Below are positions 14,010 to 28,560 of a stretch of 60,135 bases of DNA, piece after piece; within the stretch, counting starts at the first letter, position 1; each line of letters opens with the position of its first letter. The stretch spans positions 32,910,878 through 32,971,012 of the forward strand of contig NC_069002.1 in the NCBI RefSeq assembly GCF_001194135.2, read 5' to 3'. The DNA is from Octopus bimaculoides. Lineage: Eukaryota. The notes beneath the pieces are model-generated. The model had not been told where the DNA came from. It searched no databases and saw only the letters and a program-made list of their open reading frames with translations. The position numbers and the translations under genes are program-made.

Positions 14010-14165
14010 ACTTAGCTTTCCGTACCTAAACGCCCTGCCCATGTGAAGTAGACACCTCATCCATAAATCTGCACCAATTCCATAGAGACTAATCTCAAAA
14101 TAATGGTTCAGGGTTCGTGCTTCCTTCAGTAGTACAAAAACAATCATTGCTGATGGCTGCAGATA
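14010..14165 (-). mobile_element. Possible LINE reverse transcriptase N-terminal remnant
   Basis: AMIVFVLLKEARTLNHYFEISLYGIGADLWMRCLL aligns loosely to AIIVPIxKKGDR..NNYRGISLLS..KxFxRILL. The match is weak. Confidence 0.3.
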
Positions 14166-14540
14166 TAGAGGTAACCTTAAGCTTACCCTACCAATGTAAA
14201 ACAGGAACAACGTGCAACTAAAACCTTTACGGTCGCTTCAAATAACAGGCGCATCGTTACTGGTGAACTTTCCCGACGAATGCACATCGGCGATATGACA
14301 AACTTTACTTCTCCGAGATTGGTGTTCTCAAGAATCGCAAACTAGTTCAGCTATCAACGAATACAAACCCTACAGATTCATGCTTTTTGGTCACTGAATT
14401 ACAGGTGAGATCACAATGAGGTTTTACTCGAAAATCTAAGACGCTAGTGTTGCTATGCTTACACATACGCACGCATACACACACACGCACACACACACAC
14501 ACATACATGCACACACACACGCATACACGCACAAAGCCAT

Positions 14541-14905
14541 TCTAGGCTGCATTCGAAGGAGAAACCACTTGATTGATTTTACAACGACTCACTCATAAAC
14601 CCATCTCAACCTCTGATTCGAATATATTCTATATCCTCTCCTTCTCGGATGTTCTACCGCTACTGCAATAGCCTCTATTCCTTGGAACTGGTTAAGTCAC
14701 GTGCCACCTCACTCCGAAGGAATTCTCTATTAACTTTACTCTCCTTTACCCCTACTATTTCGTGTCCACGTACCCCTCCCATAGACAACTGCTTGCTACT
14801 CTTCCACACCAGAACGACGCTTCCCTGAAACTTCTCACGTCTACGTATTAATCCGTCAGCTGTTGACTTGCTTAAATAACAATATTAACCGAACAATCTG
14901 ATTAA
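14541..14905 (+). mobile_element. CR1/L2-like LINE ORF2 3' end, decayed
   Basis: LGCIRRRNHLID...SRMFYRYCNSLYSLEL...FHTRTTLP*N..AVDL resembles the LDRIQRRA..LFYRYYxGxCSxEL..FFPRTxxLWNxLP terminus of CR1-group ORF2. Confidence 0.72.
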
Positions 14906-15679
14906 TCAGAAAGCACTTCAGATCGCCATGACCATAGCCGTTTACAAAGTCTAAAAGATAAAAAAAAAAACCCCAAAAAAACCGAACAAACTATATTGTG
15001 GGTACTATACATCAAAGAGCGACTCTCTGCGTAGTGTTTTGACTGCAAGAAATAGCAGCCTATTCTTTCTCAAAACGTACCGAACTGTCTTCAAAGAAGA
15101 CGTGAAGAATAGTGTGCAATAATATATACTCTATCGGACTAAAAAATGGGATAGAGAATTGCTGGGGGAATAAATCTTTGATCATTGACTTGTTGACTGA
15201 GGACTAACATGGGAGTAAACAACATCATCATCATCATCAACAACAACAACAACAACAACAATATCAGTAAGCACTGCTATAACACACCGATCACAAGAAA
15301 GGCAGCCCCCCCCCCAAACTACATCCCTTTAAAGAATACACTTGTGATCAATCTCAATGAGTATTTCGAGACAGTGATTGTACAAGAATGATTGTACTCG
15401 CTGTTTCGAACTTAATTCCAGGAGCTGAGTGCAAATTCCTTAAGTGATCCTGTTTATATATTACGGTCGAGGTTGGCTGGGGCTGAAATAGAACAGTAAG
15501 TATAATAGGCCATCCACACGGGGAATACACGAAGGGCTAGTAAAGTCGTCATCTATGGACTAAACGCTGGTTTAAATCAGCAGAGACTTTTTTTAGAGAC
15601 TAACTTGGAAAGATAATTGTGTACATAAACCGGGTAGGTCTTAGTATCTTAACATCGCCTCGGGTATATAATATAAAGT

Positions 15680-16110
15680 GTACGTAATATATTTCGAGGT
15701 ATTTAATATCTGAGTAGAAAAAAACAAGTAAACTGGACTCTTTTAACTCTATATTGCCTTCTGGTATGTTATATAAACTGTAAAGTAATCTTAGATATTT
15801 TAAATATGGGTTGATAAAACGAATTGGCTGGGCCTTATCGTCTGTATATTGACTGCGAGTTTGCAAAATAAACTGTAGATTGGGCAATCTTCGATATTTT
15901 AGGTCTGGGTAGACAAGGCCAATAGGGTGGACCTTACCAACAATACATTGTCGTCGGGTGTGTTGTATAAACTGTAGATAATGTAATTATCGATATTTTA
16001 GGTCTGGCTAGATAAGGCCAGTAGGGTAGGCCTCAACAGCAGTACATTGTCTTCGGATGTAGATTGAGTAATCTTCGATATTTTAAGCCCGAATATATAA
16101 AGACACTGGT
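15680..16110 (+). repeat. Degenerate ~97 bp tandem array (4-5 units)
   Basis: ATAAACTGTA starts at 15773, 15868 and 15967, and AATCTTCGATATTTTAGGTCTGG-like text recurs. Confidence 0.8.
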
Positions 16111-16496
16111 GGTGGTGGTGGTGGGGGGGGGGCACCAAGTAATACTTCTCATAAAAACGTGAAACTTAATCGAAATACTCTGATGTGACCTCATCTACGG
16201 TAAAACAATAACAGCAAGCCTGCACTGGCTCATGGACTTCATTTTGAACACTTATAAACGAGTGCCGAGTCCAAATTTCTCAGTATCCTATCGTTGACTT
16301 GTTTTATTTAACATTTTGAATTCTCTCCTCCTCTTCTGCTTGGTTAACATTATTAATCTACCAGCATTACACAGGGATACCATTCAATCGATTTTAATCA
16401 CCATTATTTATGGAGATAAACCAATGGCTTTTTTTTTCTTTTGCAGGAAAAGAAGTTTGTGTTTGTAAACCGTCTTTTTGTTTCTCAGTCATTTAT

Positions 16497-16502
16497 CATC
16501 AC

Positions 16503-16540
<38 letters not shown>

Positions 16541-16822
16541 ACATCTTCTTCTTCTTCTTCTTCTTCTTCTTCTTCTTCTTCTTCTTCTTCTTCTTCTTCT
16601 TCTTCTTCTTCTTCTTTCAATCCTTGCGGACATCAATACCTTCCCCCCGACATCTACTCTGGTTTCAAATGTCTGTGTGTTTGATCTCGTCACCTATCGC
16701 CAACCTAGCANNNNNNNNNNNNNNNNNNNNNNNNNNNNNNNNNNNNNNNNNNNNNNNNNNNNNNNNNNNNNNNNNNNAAGAAGAAGAAGAAGAAGAAGAA
16801 GAAGAAGAAGAAGAAGAAGAAG

Positions 16823-16853
<31 letters not shown>

Positions 16854-16992
16854 CGCTAGCTATGTTCCTTCCATTTCTGCGGTGTCATTTACTTGGTGGT
16901 TGTATTAAGGTGCTGATATGAAGGTGGTGGGGTGATGGTTTTGATGGTGGTATTGAGGGGTGATGGTCTCGGTGCTGGTGGTGCTGGTGCTG

Positions 16993-17030
<38 letters not shown>

Positions 17031-17573
17031 TATTGACCTGTGCACCAAGACCAAACGCATCAGCATAACAGAACACTGCCACATCCACCAAGACCAAACG
17101 CAACGGCGACACCTACAGCCACAACAACAACAACAACAGGAATAGAAAGCACAGCAACAGCAATAGTAACAACAATAACACCTAACCGGAAACAAGTGCG
17201 GTCTGCTAGAAATAGCAACTAGGTTCCCTTTAATTATATGCTACCGTCTTAAGGAATGAATGAAGGAAGGAACACATTGGTGAATGTAAGTCCAACGCGA
17301 TTAGGGTCAGGACGAAGGAATGGTCACGGTTGGGTTGATTTTCATCTATCTATCTACTGAGATGGGGGCCGAGCTGGAGCTCAGTAACAGCAAAATAAGG
17401 GGACCATGAACGTAGCGATGACAACCTGGAAGATTTAGAAGTCTAAGAGAACGGGATTTATTAAGAAAAAAAGGAGAGGATGAGCGGAAGATGGGTGGGC
17501 CGGGGGTTTGGGTTGAGAAGGTCAAAAGTAACAAGGAATTCGGGTACAACAATAACACAACGACGACGATGAC

Positions 17574-17620
<47 letters not shown>

Positions 17621-17888
17621 CGACGACGACGGTGGCGGTGGCGGTGGCGGCGGCGGTAATACAGAAAAGTGATGTGAAGGATAAAGCAGGAGTCACAAAG
17701 CGAATGATGCAAGGAAGAAGGAAGAAGAGGGAGAAGGAGGAGGAGAAGAAGAAGAAGAAGAAGAAGGAAGAGGGGAAGAAGAAGAAGAAGAAGAAGAAGA
17801 AGAAGAAGAAGAAGAACAAGAAGAGGGAGAATAAGAAAAAAAGAAGAAAGAAGAAGAAGAAGAAGAAGAAGAAGAAGAAGAAGAAGAA

Positions 17889-17920
<32 letters not shown>

Positions 17921-17930
17921 AGAAGCAGAA
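16497..17930. repeat. Cluster of trinucleotide microsatellites: (CAT)n, (CTT)n, (AAG)n, (AAC)n, (AGT)n, (GAT)n
   Basis: Directly visible. Confidence 0.95.
17202..17340 (+). repeat. Old interspersed repeat family E (consensus ~GTCTGCTAGAAATAGCAGCTAAAT..CCCTCAAAT..CCGTCTTA..GGAAGG.ACACATTGG), representative copy
   Basis: Related diverged copies at ~2205, ~12083, ~12286, ~15042, ~24063 and ~53380 (all plus strand). Confidence 0.65.
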
Positions 17931-18940
17931 GAAATGAGAACTGAATTGAGGTGGGGTTGGATGGAAAATAACCATAAAGTTANNNNNNNNNNNNNNNNNN
18001 NNNNNNNNNNNNNNNNNNNNNNNNNNNNNNNNNNNNNNNNNNNNNNNNNNNNNNNNNNNNNNNNNNNNNNNNNNNNNNNNNNNNNNNNNNNNNNNNNNNN
18101 NNNNNNNNNNNNNNNNNNNNNNNNNNNNNNNNNNNNNNNNNNNNNNNNNNNNNNNNNNNNNNNNNNNNNNNNNNNNNNNNNNNNNNNNNNNTGGAATGGA
18201 CAATCGAGCGACGGCGATTTTTTTGTAAAGCGGGGCGGGTAGTGCGGGTGTATAAATTTATAAATTGTTTCTGGGTACTTGCAACAACGAGAGGGTCGGT
18301 GTACATATATATAAACAGGCTTTGAAGTATATGGGGTGGTGGGTGGAATGTGACGGCGGGTGGGTGTTTGAATGTTGGTGCTGGTGTTACACTGTAAGAA
18401 ACGAATACAAGTGGTGGTGGTGGTGGTTGTGGTGGAGGAGGAATTGTTGGATGTGCATGTACGTGGGAAAAAAAATTAAAATCTTCTTACCTGTATTGTA
18501 GTATCTATCTATATATATATGTGTATTAGTAAGTATATACATATATATACATGTGGGTACGTATAAAACCAAACCAGCTCCTAGCAATAGATGTCAACAT
18601 AGGCCAGAATAAGTTCCTTTTTAATTAAAAGCTCACAGAAAAAAACGGATTAATCCTTTCCGAATGTGAACATATCAGAAATCTTCATCCAGGAAGAAGG
18701 AACACGATTATTATTCTTATTTTTAATTTTTATAATTATTATTATTATTATTAATAATTATTATAATATTTTTTTTATTATTAATATTTATTAATTAATT
18801 ATTTTTATCATCATGTTTGTGATGGCTGTGACAAAGGTTGATTTCTTCCTTTTTTTCTTTTCTTTAAAATTTATTTTTTTATTTACTTTTCAATAATCAT
18901 TGATATATGATGACAAAATAGATAATCATCATCATCATCA

Positions 18941-18998
<58 letters not shown>

Positions 18999-19577
18999 CG
19001 GTGTCGTGCCTGTTGCGATACTCGTTAACGTTATATTCCATCATTTTGGCGGGTCACTATGCATCGCATCTCCCGTAGTGTATGCCATCATCATCATCGT
19101 CGTTGTCATCATCATCGGCATCATCACCATCATTGTATTCATCATGATCATCATCATCATCGTCATCATATTCCTCATCAAGAACGCTGTCATCGCCAAT
19201 ATTAATTGCATTACATTTGTCATTTTCCTTCTCTCATGTTTTTTTGTTTAGGTTTCCGTGTGTGTTTTTTTTTTCTTTTTTGCTTCGTATTAAACCTGTC
19301 TTTTTCTTTTTTTCTTTGCAGGGTTTCCAGTTGTTGTTGTTTTTTTTATATTTGTTTATTCTTTTTAATTATACATTCTCCTTTCGTTTGTTTGTGTATA
19401 CGAAGGCGTGCATACAAATGAGTATGTGTTTGTGTGTGCTCTCTGGCTGGGCGTGGTTGTGTCTGTGAGTGCGTGAGTATAAATATGTGTGATTATTTAC
19501 ATATATATGAATGTGTGCATGATGCATCCGTTTGTATATATATGCATATATATATGTGTGTATGTGCGTGTATTGAC

Positions 19578-19613
<36 letters not shown>

Positions 19614-19912
19614 ATGTATATAAGTGGCTATATATGTATGCGAGAATGGTTGTCTCTATATTAGTGAATATGCATGTATGCGTGCTGTGTATGTGTGTGT
19701 ATATATATATATATATATATCTGTGTGCGTGAACAAGTATATATATATGTGTATTTATGGATGTATACAGCTATTTATGCATGTGTGTTTGTATTTATAG
19801 GTTAGCCATCTTGATGTTGTTGCTGTTGTTGTTGTTGTTGTTCACGGCATGTTTTCCGCTGTTAGATGATACCGGACACAAACAAGAAGAGCTGATCAAA
19901 GCAGAAGTAACT

Positions 19913-19952
<40 letters not shown>

Positions 19953-20739
19953 TATAATGTATACATACATATATATATTATCCATACATATACGTGTTTA
20001 AAGATATATNNNNNNNNNNNNNNNNNNNNNNNNNNNNNNNNNNNNNNNNNNNNNNNNNNNNNNNNNNNNNNNNNNNNNNNNNNNNNNNNNNNNNNNNNNN
20101 NNNNNNNNNNNNNNNNNNNNNNNNNNNNNNNNNNNNNNNNNNNNNNNNNNNNNNNNNNNNNNNNNNNNNNNNNNNNNNNATATATATATATATATATATA
20201 CAGAGAGAGAGAGAGTGTGTGTGATAGTCAGAGTGAGTGAGAGAAAGAAAGAGAGTGTGAAAGACGGAGAAAAACCTGACGGATAGACAGAGAGGGAAAA
20301 AGCGGCAATTCGGCGAATGGCAGGTTCGAGTTGCACACACAAACAAATTAAATAACAGCTGCACCACACGATTATTCAGAAGGCAAAGTAAATACAAGGT
20401 TGTGAAAACGTGGTTAAGCTCGGATATATGGTAGCGCTGCTGCTGCTGTTTGCGGCTGCTGCTGCCTGCACCTGTTACTGTTGGTGCTGGTGGCGTTGGT
20501 GCAGCTGTTGCCGCTGCTGTAGACTCCCTACCTCCCACCCTTTCTCTCTCTGTCTCTGCCTCTGTCTCTGTCTCTCTCTCTCTCTCTCACCTACACTTTT
20601 ATACTCCCAGCGCTACCACAGCCATCTTCAGCATTTTTATACATCAGTCACATCTCCGCTGCTCCCACCACCATCACTTTCTGATGTTCCGCTCGCTCCG
20701 GCTTTTTTCTCTCTTTTCTTTTCTTATTTCTGTTCTCCA

Positions 20740-20746
20740 TTCCTTA

Positions 20747-20797
<51 letters not shown>

Positions 20798-21065
20798 TTC
20801 TCTCTCTCTCTGTTTCTCTCTCTCTCTGTTTCTCTCTCTGTTTCTCTCTCTCTTTCTCTCTCTCTTTCTTNNNNNNNNNNNNNNNNNNNNNNNNNNNNNN
20901 NNNNNNNNNNNNNNNNNNNNNNNNNNNNNNNNNNNNNNNNNNNNNNNNNNNNNNNNNNNNNNNNNNNNNNNNNNNNNNNNNNNNNNNNNNNNNNNNNNNN
21001 NNNNNNNNNNNNNNNNNNNNNNNNNNNNNNNNNNNNNNNNCTCTCTGTTTCTCTCTCTCACTCTT

Positions 21066-21096
<31 letters not shown>

Positions 21097-21105
21097 TTCT
21101 CTCTT

Positions 21106-21136
<31 letters not shown>

Positions 21137-21137
21137 T

Positions 21138-21188
<51 letters not shown>

Positions 21189-21345
21189 TTCTCTCTCTCT
21201 CTGTTTCTCTCTCTCTCTGTTTCTCTCTCTGTTTCTCTCTCTCTTTCTCTCTCTCTTTCTTTCTCTGTCTCTTTCTCTCTTTCTTTCATTGTTTCTTTGT
21301 TTCTTTCTGTCTTTCTTTCTTTCTTTCTTCCTTTCCTTATTTCTG

Positions 21346-21392
<47 letters not shown>

Positions 21393-21742
21393 GTCTTTCT
21401 TTCTTTCTTACTTTCTTTCTTTCTTTCTTTCTTTCTTTTTTTCTTTCTTTCTGTTTTTATTCCTGTCTTTCGTTCTTTTCTTTATCTATCCACCTACCTA
21501 CTTACCTACCTACCTATCGTTTCCTTCCCGTCTTTCTTCCTTCCTTCCTTCCTTCCTTCCTTCCTTCCTAGCTTCCTTCCTAGCTTCCTTCCTTCCTCTC
21601 CTTCTCATGCCGATAGTGCTGATGTCGCTGCTGCTTCCCCAGCTATTATTACTTACACATCGCACCATTCCCTCTTTCACCTTTTCCCCCATTATTCTTC
21701 CTTTTCTTCTTCCAATTCATCTTCTTGTTCTTCTTCAGATTG

Positions 21743-21804
<62 letters not shown>

Positions 21805-21820
21805 TTACTACTACTACTAC
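20740..21820. repeat. (CT)n/(CTTT)n/(CCTT)n/(ACT)n microsatellite block
   Basis: Directly visible. Confidence 0.95.
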
Positions 21821-21944
21821 CAGTGTGTAAATTAGTATGACAGAGTAGGGGAGAGGGAGATGAAGAGAGAGAGAGAGAGGGAGAGAGAAAGAGAGACGAA
21901 GAGAGTTATATAGCAAAAACGGTATAGAAAACTGGTCAAGACGT

Positions 21945-21983
<39 letters not shown>

Positions 21984-22136
21984 AAGATATACCGTGGCAG
22001 ACAGACAGACAGACAGGCAGACAGATGGATAGATAGATAGATAGATAGATGGAAAAAAATCGATGGGCAAATACATAGATATACAGATAGATGGATAAAT
22101 TGAACTATAGACAGACAGGCCGACAAGTGTGTAATA

Positions 22137-22257
<121 letters not shown>

Positions 22258-22437
22258 GTATATACATACATATGTATATATTTATATATTATATGTATAT
22301 ATTTAAATATATATATCTATATATATCTATACACGGTGGTGCATCAGCATGGCCGCAGCTCTGAGCTGAAACTTTGAAAAGAAAAAAAAAATATATATTA
22401 TACATATATATATATACGTGTGTGAGTATTTATATAT

Positions 22438-22469
<32 letters not shown>

Positions 22470-22470
22470 T

Positions 22471-22518
<48 letters not shown>

Positions 22519-22589
22519 NNNNNNNNNNNNNNNNNNNNNNNNNNNNNNNNNNNNNNNNNNNNNNNNNNNNNNNNNNNNNNNNNNNNNNN

Positions 22590-22642
<53 letters not shown>

Positions 22643-23210
22643 TATATACATATATATAAATACATACATGAACACACACATATAAGTATATGTATATATA
22701 AGTATACACGCACACACACACGCACACACACACACACGCATATAGATATATGTAAATGTATATGCATACATTACATAAACACATACATAGATATATATCT
22801 ATATGTGTATATATACAGACATACAAACGCACACACGCACACACACACNNNNNNNNNNATATATATACATAACTGCATGCATACGTTTTTATATATAACA
22901 TTTTGTTTCTGTGTATATGTGTATGCATGCGCACATGTGTGTCAATGGGACTTTATATACTATATATTTACATATATATATATACACACATATATACATA
23001 CCTATAAACACGCACAAAGGTAGATAGAGCGACAGATATTGCTGTGTGAGATTTAGAAACGAAATGAATGAAAGGCGTGAGGTCGGTATCTATCACTGCA
23101 TGCATACAGGCAAACACACGCACACTGACACAGACAGACACACACACACACACACACACACAATCACACACATACACACACACATACACACACACACACA
23201 NNNNNNNNNN

Positions 23211-23271
<61 letters not shown>

Positions 23272-23356
23272 TTTTGTTTATGTGTGTATCCATGCATGGA
23301 TTGATTTCTGTACGCATGCACGTATATATGTATCTCTCAACCTGTCTCCCTATCAA

Positions 23357-23406
<50 letters not shown>

Positions 23407-23432
23407 ACTCTGTCTCTCTTTCTCTCTCTCTA

Positions 23433-23473
<41 letters not shown>

Positions 23474-23507
23474 TCTAATCGTCCGTACACATATTTATAG
23501 TGACAAT

Positions 23508-24525
<1,018 letters not shown>

Positions 24526-24598
24526 GAGAGAGTGTGTGTGTGCGAGAGAAATAGGTAGATAAATAAATAGATAGATAGATAAATAGATAGATAGATAA

Positions 24599-24646
<48 letters not shown>

Positions 24647-24846
24647 GGAGAGAGAGTGAAATAACTGAAGAGAAAGTAAAAGAGCAGAAATAGAAAGGTG
24701 AGAGAGTGGGTGTGTGAGAGAGAGACAGAGAGGGAAGAGAGAAAGTTTAGGGAAGGAAGTATAAATAGATAAATAGCAAGAGGGAGATAAATAGAGAAAG
24801 ACAGACAGACATACAGACTGACAGATAGATAGATAGATAGAAAGAT

Positions 24847-24879
<33 letters not shown>

Positions 24880-24904
24880 TAGGCAAGTAGATAGATAGGC
24901 AAGT

Positions 24905-24961
<57 letters not shown>

Positions 24962-25478
24962 GATAGATAGAGTGACAGATATATATATAGAGAGAGAGAT
25001 GAATATATAGAGAGTAAAATATAGATAGATGAATTGTTAGATATAGAGATGGAGAAGTATAGATAAATGCATAGATAGAAAAATCGATCGATAGGTAGAT
25101 AACATACACAGAAGGAAAGGGAGAGAGAGAGTGAAAGAGAGTGAAAGCGAGAGATTGAGAGAGAGAGGTAAGCTGATTGAAGTGCTTCTAAGTTGGTGTC
25201 AAAATGAAGAGTGAAAAATGTATCACGGTGCGAGCAAAGGGACACGTGGCCGTGTGGATAATGTTGGTGAATTCCATATTATCAACTGTAGGTTTGAACC
25301 TGTTGCTGGCGTAGTGTCATTACATTTAAAGCAAGACAATGTCATTGTGGGGTACTGCAGTTCGTCAAGCGGTCATTGTTGTCATTGTTTAGCGACTGGT
25401 CAGCCCTGGTCGAAGAAATATTGGATCAAACTTTTACTAATAGTGACCATCACGTCTTTAGTATCGAAGCGCTACAAG

Positions 25479-25680
25479 GCGGCGATGTGGCAGAATCGTT
25501 AGCAGACTGGACAAAATGTCTAAATGCATTTCAACCGCAACGAGTTCAAATTCCGTGGAGGTTGACTCTGCATTTCATCTTTTTCGGGTCGATAAAATAA
25601 GTACCGCTTGAGCCCTGAGGGTCGATGAAATCAATTAGCGCCGCTTACCCTAAATTCCAGGCCTTGTGTCTATAGGAGAA
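25479..25680 (+). mobile_element. SINE-like family A monomer
   Basis: AGGCGGCGATGTGGCAGAATCGTTAGC...GAGTTCAAATTCC..GGTCGATAAAATAAGTACC...AAATTCCAGGCCTTGTG. Confidence 0.8.
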
Positions 25681-26097
25681 AGGATAAGCCAAACATACCA
25701 TTTCTTTTTATAGATGGAATTGGCTGCTATTACTTGCAACTCGAGCGAGTGTCGCGTAAAATTAACGTTTTGCTACATCAACGAAACAGTTGCTGCCGTT
25801 TTACCCAAAGTCAACTCCGTACAGACAGACAGATCGAAGACACTCTAGCCATGACCATCCATGTATACTAGGAGTGAAGACGGCGTTATGCACCTCTTCC
25901 ATATTTTCGGCCATACAGTGTCACTTTAAGAGGATTTTCTTAAACGACTTCATCAACAATTTGCTATGTAACCTCAGGTTAGTCATAATTAAGCAGAGAT
26001 AGGCTCAAAGACAACCCAGTCTCGACCATCCTACCAATTATTTTATCAGACATTAGGTATTATGTATCACCGTACACATTATTCCTGCTGTTTTAAA

Positions 26098-26525
26098 GGC
26101 GGTAAGCTGGCAGAAACGTTAGTACGCCGGGCAAAATGCTTAGCGGTATTTCGTCTGCCGTTACGTTCTGAGTTCAAATTCCGCCGAGGTCGACTTTGCC
26201 TTTCATCCTTACGGGGTCGATTAAATAAGTACCAGTTACGCACTGGGTCGATATAATCGACTTAATCTCTTTGTCTGTTCTTGCCTGTCCCCTCTGTGTG
26301 CAGCACCTTGTGGGCAGTAAAGAAATAAGAATAGTTAGCACGCCGGCCGAAATGCTTAGCGGTATTTTGTCTGTCTTTACGTTCTGAGTTCAAATTCCGC
26401 CTAGGTCCACTTTGCTTTTCATCCTTTCGAGTTCGATAAATTAAGTACCAGTTGCGTACTGGGTTCAGCCCAATCGACTGGTCTCTTACCCCCAAATTTC
26501 AGGCCTTGTGTCCATAGAAGAAAGT
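26098..26525 (+). mobile_element. SINE-like family A, dimeric element
   Basis: Two ~150 bp units (GTTAGCACGCCGG..GAGTTCAAATTCCGCC.AGGTCGACTTTGCCTTTCATCCTT.CGGGGTCGAT.AA.TAAGTACCAG) joined by a linker and followed by the tail CCAAATTTCAGGCCTTGTG. Confidence 0.85.
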
Positions 26526-26836
26526 ATTATNNNNNNNNNNNNNNNNNNNNNNNNNNNNNNNNNNNNNNNNNNNNNNNNNNNNNNNNNNNNNNNNNNNNNN
26601 NNNNNNNNNNNNNNNNNNNNNNNNNNNNNNNNNNNNNNNNNNNNNNNNNNNNNNNNNNNNNNNNNNNNNNNNNNNNNNNNNNNNNNNNNNNNNNNNNNNN
26701 NNNNNNNNNNNNNNNNNNNNNNNNNNNNNNNNNNNNNNNNNNNNNNNNNNNNNNNNNNNNNNNNNNNNNNNNNNNNNNNNNNNNNNNNNNNNNNNNNNNN
26801 NNNNNNNNNNNNNNNNNNNNNNNNNNNNNNNNNNNN

Positions 26837-27348
26837 TTTATAACAAAAAGTAAGAGACACAAACACATTCTACATATTTCTTGATGGGGAAAGTTTAAAG
26901 TTTATAGCTGAACATGATCAAATGAATTAAGCCTTAAATAAAATAATATTTTAATTTTGATTTAATGATTCATTTCGTTCATTTTATTTCAAATTGTATA
27001 ATTTTCATTTGTGTAATCCCTTAGAAAATGGCGACGCCATAAGAAAAGTCTCTTTGTGTGCTGCCGTTTGAGAAATGCGAATCGATTGTGCAAGTGCAAC
27101 GTGAATTTCGCCGCCAATTCAATAAAAATCCACCTCGTCACAGGCGAAATTCACGAATGGCATAAAAATTTCACAGAAAAAGGTTACATTTGTAAAGGAA
27201 AAAGCACCGGTGCTCATGTTGAGTGCAAATCACCATAAAATAATCTTTAAACCTTCCCTATCAGGAAATGTGTAGAATGTATTTTTGTCACTTATCGTTT
27301 GTTTTAGAAATAAATTAAAAATGTGATCTTTCTTTTCGAATAACCCTA
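26837..27348 (+). mobile_element. Tc1/mariner-superfamily deletion derivative with DUF4817-type HTH remnant and long TIRs
   Basis: 27028-27211 reads MATP*EKSLCVLPFEKCESIVQVQREFRRQFNKNPP / EIHEWHKNFTEKGYICKGKSTG. 26866-26904 is an imperfect reverse complement of 27241-27279. The right end is ...TTTCGAATAACCCTA|TA; the left terminus lies in the N gap. Confidence 0.85.
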
Positions 27349-28081
27349 TATATAAACATCTTTTATCTTTTACTTGCTTCAGTCATTAGACAGCGGCCAA
27401 GCTGGGGCACCGCATTGAAGAATTTTTTAGTAGACGAATCTGTCAACCCCAATATCTTTTTCTTTTTTTTAAAGCCTGGTAGTTATTCTATCAGTCACAT
27501 ATGCTGAACTGCTATGTAAAGCTGTTGTATAGGACAAGCACAAGCACAAATATACACACATACGTACACACATACACACACTCACTCACTCACACCCACA
27601 CACACCTACACATTCACGACGAGTTTCGTCTCATGGTCCATTGGTCATCACATTCTATAGTAAAAAGAAACCTCTTGCCCCAACTGGCTGTAATGTGTGA
27701 TCGAACTCTAAATGACATGGTTACTAAACTATATTATTAGCAACTTAACTATCTTAAGGCTTTTCTGACAGAAGAATGATTTTATATAGGGGTCTAGAAT
27801 GAAAAATACTTTGGCGTTCAGCCACAGATTATTCCTCAAAGATCTACTAGACATCTGATCAAAGATGCTTCAATCGAAATGCAATTAACTTCTCATTGTG
27901 TAATGTATATCTGGAACTACTTCCTTCAATGTATCTTCCTTATTTTTGACGGAAGGCCTATGATTTTAACCGGTGTGTCGCCAATTGATGATTGCTATAA
28001 CTTTCCACCTGAGAATATAAAATGTTTGTTATGAAAGTTCTCAGGTGAAAGAACAAAAGAAAAACAGAGGCTTCTTTCTAT

Positions 28082-28560
28082 ATTTCTGCAGGTGTGAATA
28101 TTCAGCAAGTCTGATGTTATTTGTCTTAGGTAAGAATGTAATATAGATATGTTCTAAAATCGTCTCAGGTAAGAATATGACACAATATGTTGCTAAGTTA
28201 CGTAAGGTGCAAATATCATACAGGTATATTGTTGAGTTATGTTCGCGTGAAGGTTTCTACAGGTTTGTTTCTAATTTGTCTCAGGTGAGAACATTCTATA
28301 AGCGCGTTGCAAAATTGCTTCAGGGCAAACATTATGCAGGTGTGTTTTTAATTGTCTAATATTTTACAAGTTGATTGTTAAACTGTCTCAGGAAAGAAAA
28401 TATCATTTGTTAAACTGACTCAGGTGAGAATATGCTACAGGCACGTTGCTTAGCTAAGAAATTTTTTTTTCTGACTATTTTTTGTTAATAGAGGTTCGTT
28501 ACTAAATCGTCTCAGGCGAGACTATTCAACAGTTAGATGCTAAATTGTCTCAAGTGAAGA
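28082..28560 (+). repeat. Degenerate ~39 bp tandem array (about 12 units)
   Basis: Recurring TAAA(T/C)TGTCTCAGGT(G/A)AGAATAT..ACAGG..GTTG at roughly 39 bp spacing. Confidence 0.75.

Noticed and set aside
15680-16110. Repeat arrays as CRISPR-like
   Set aside because: Eukaryotic context, degenerate units and no unique spacers.
18232-18257. GC box next to TATAAAT
   Set aside because: Short motifs beside a gap with no supporting downstream feature.
20410-21840. 476 aa ORF and other long ORFs in the track
   Set aside because: They consist of microsatellite translations and N runs with no protein-like complexity.
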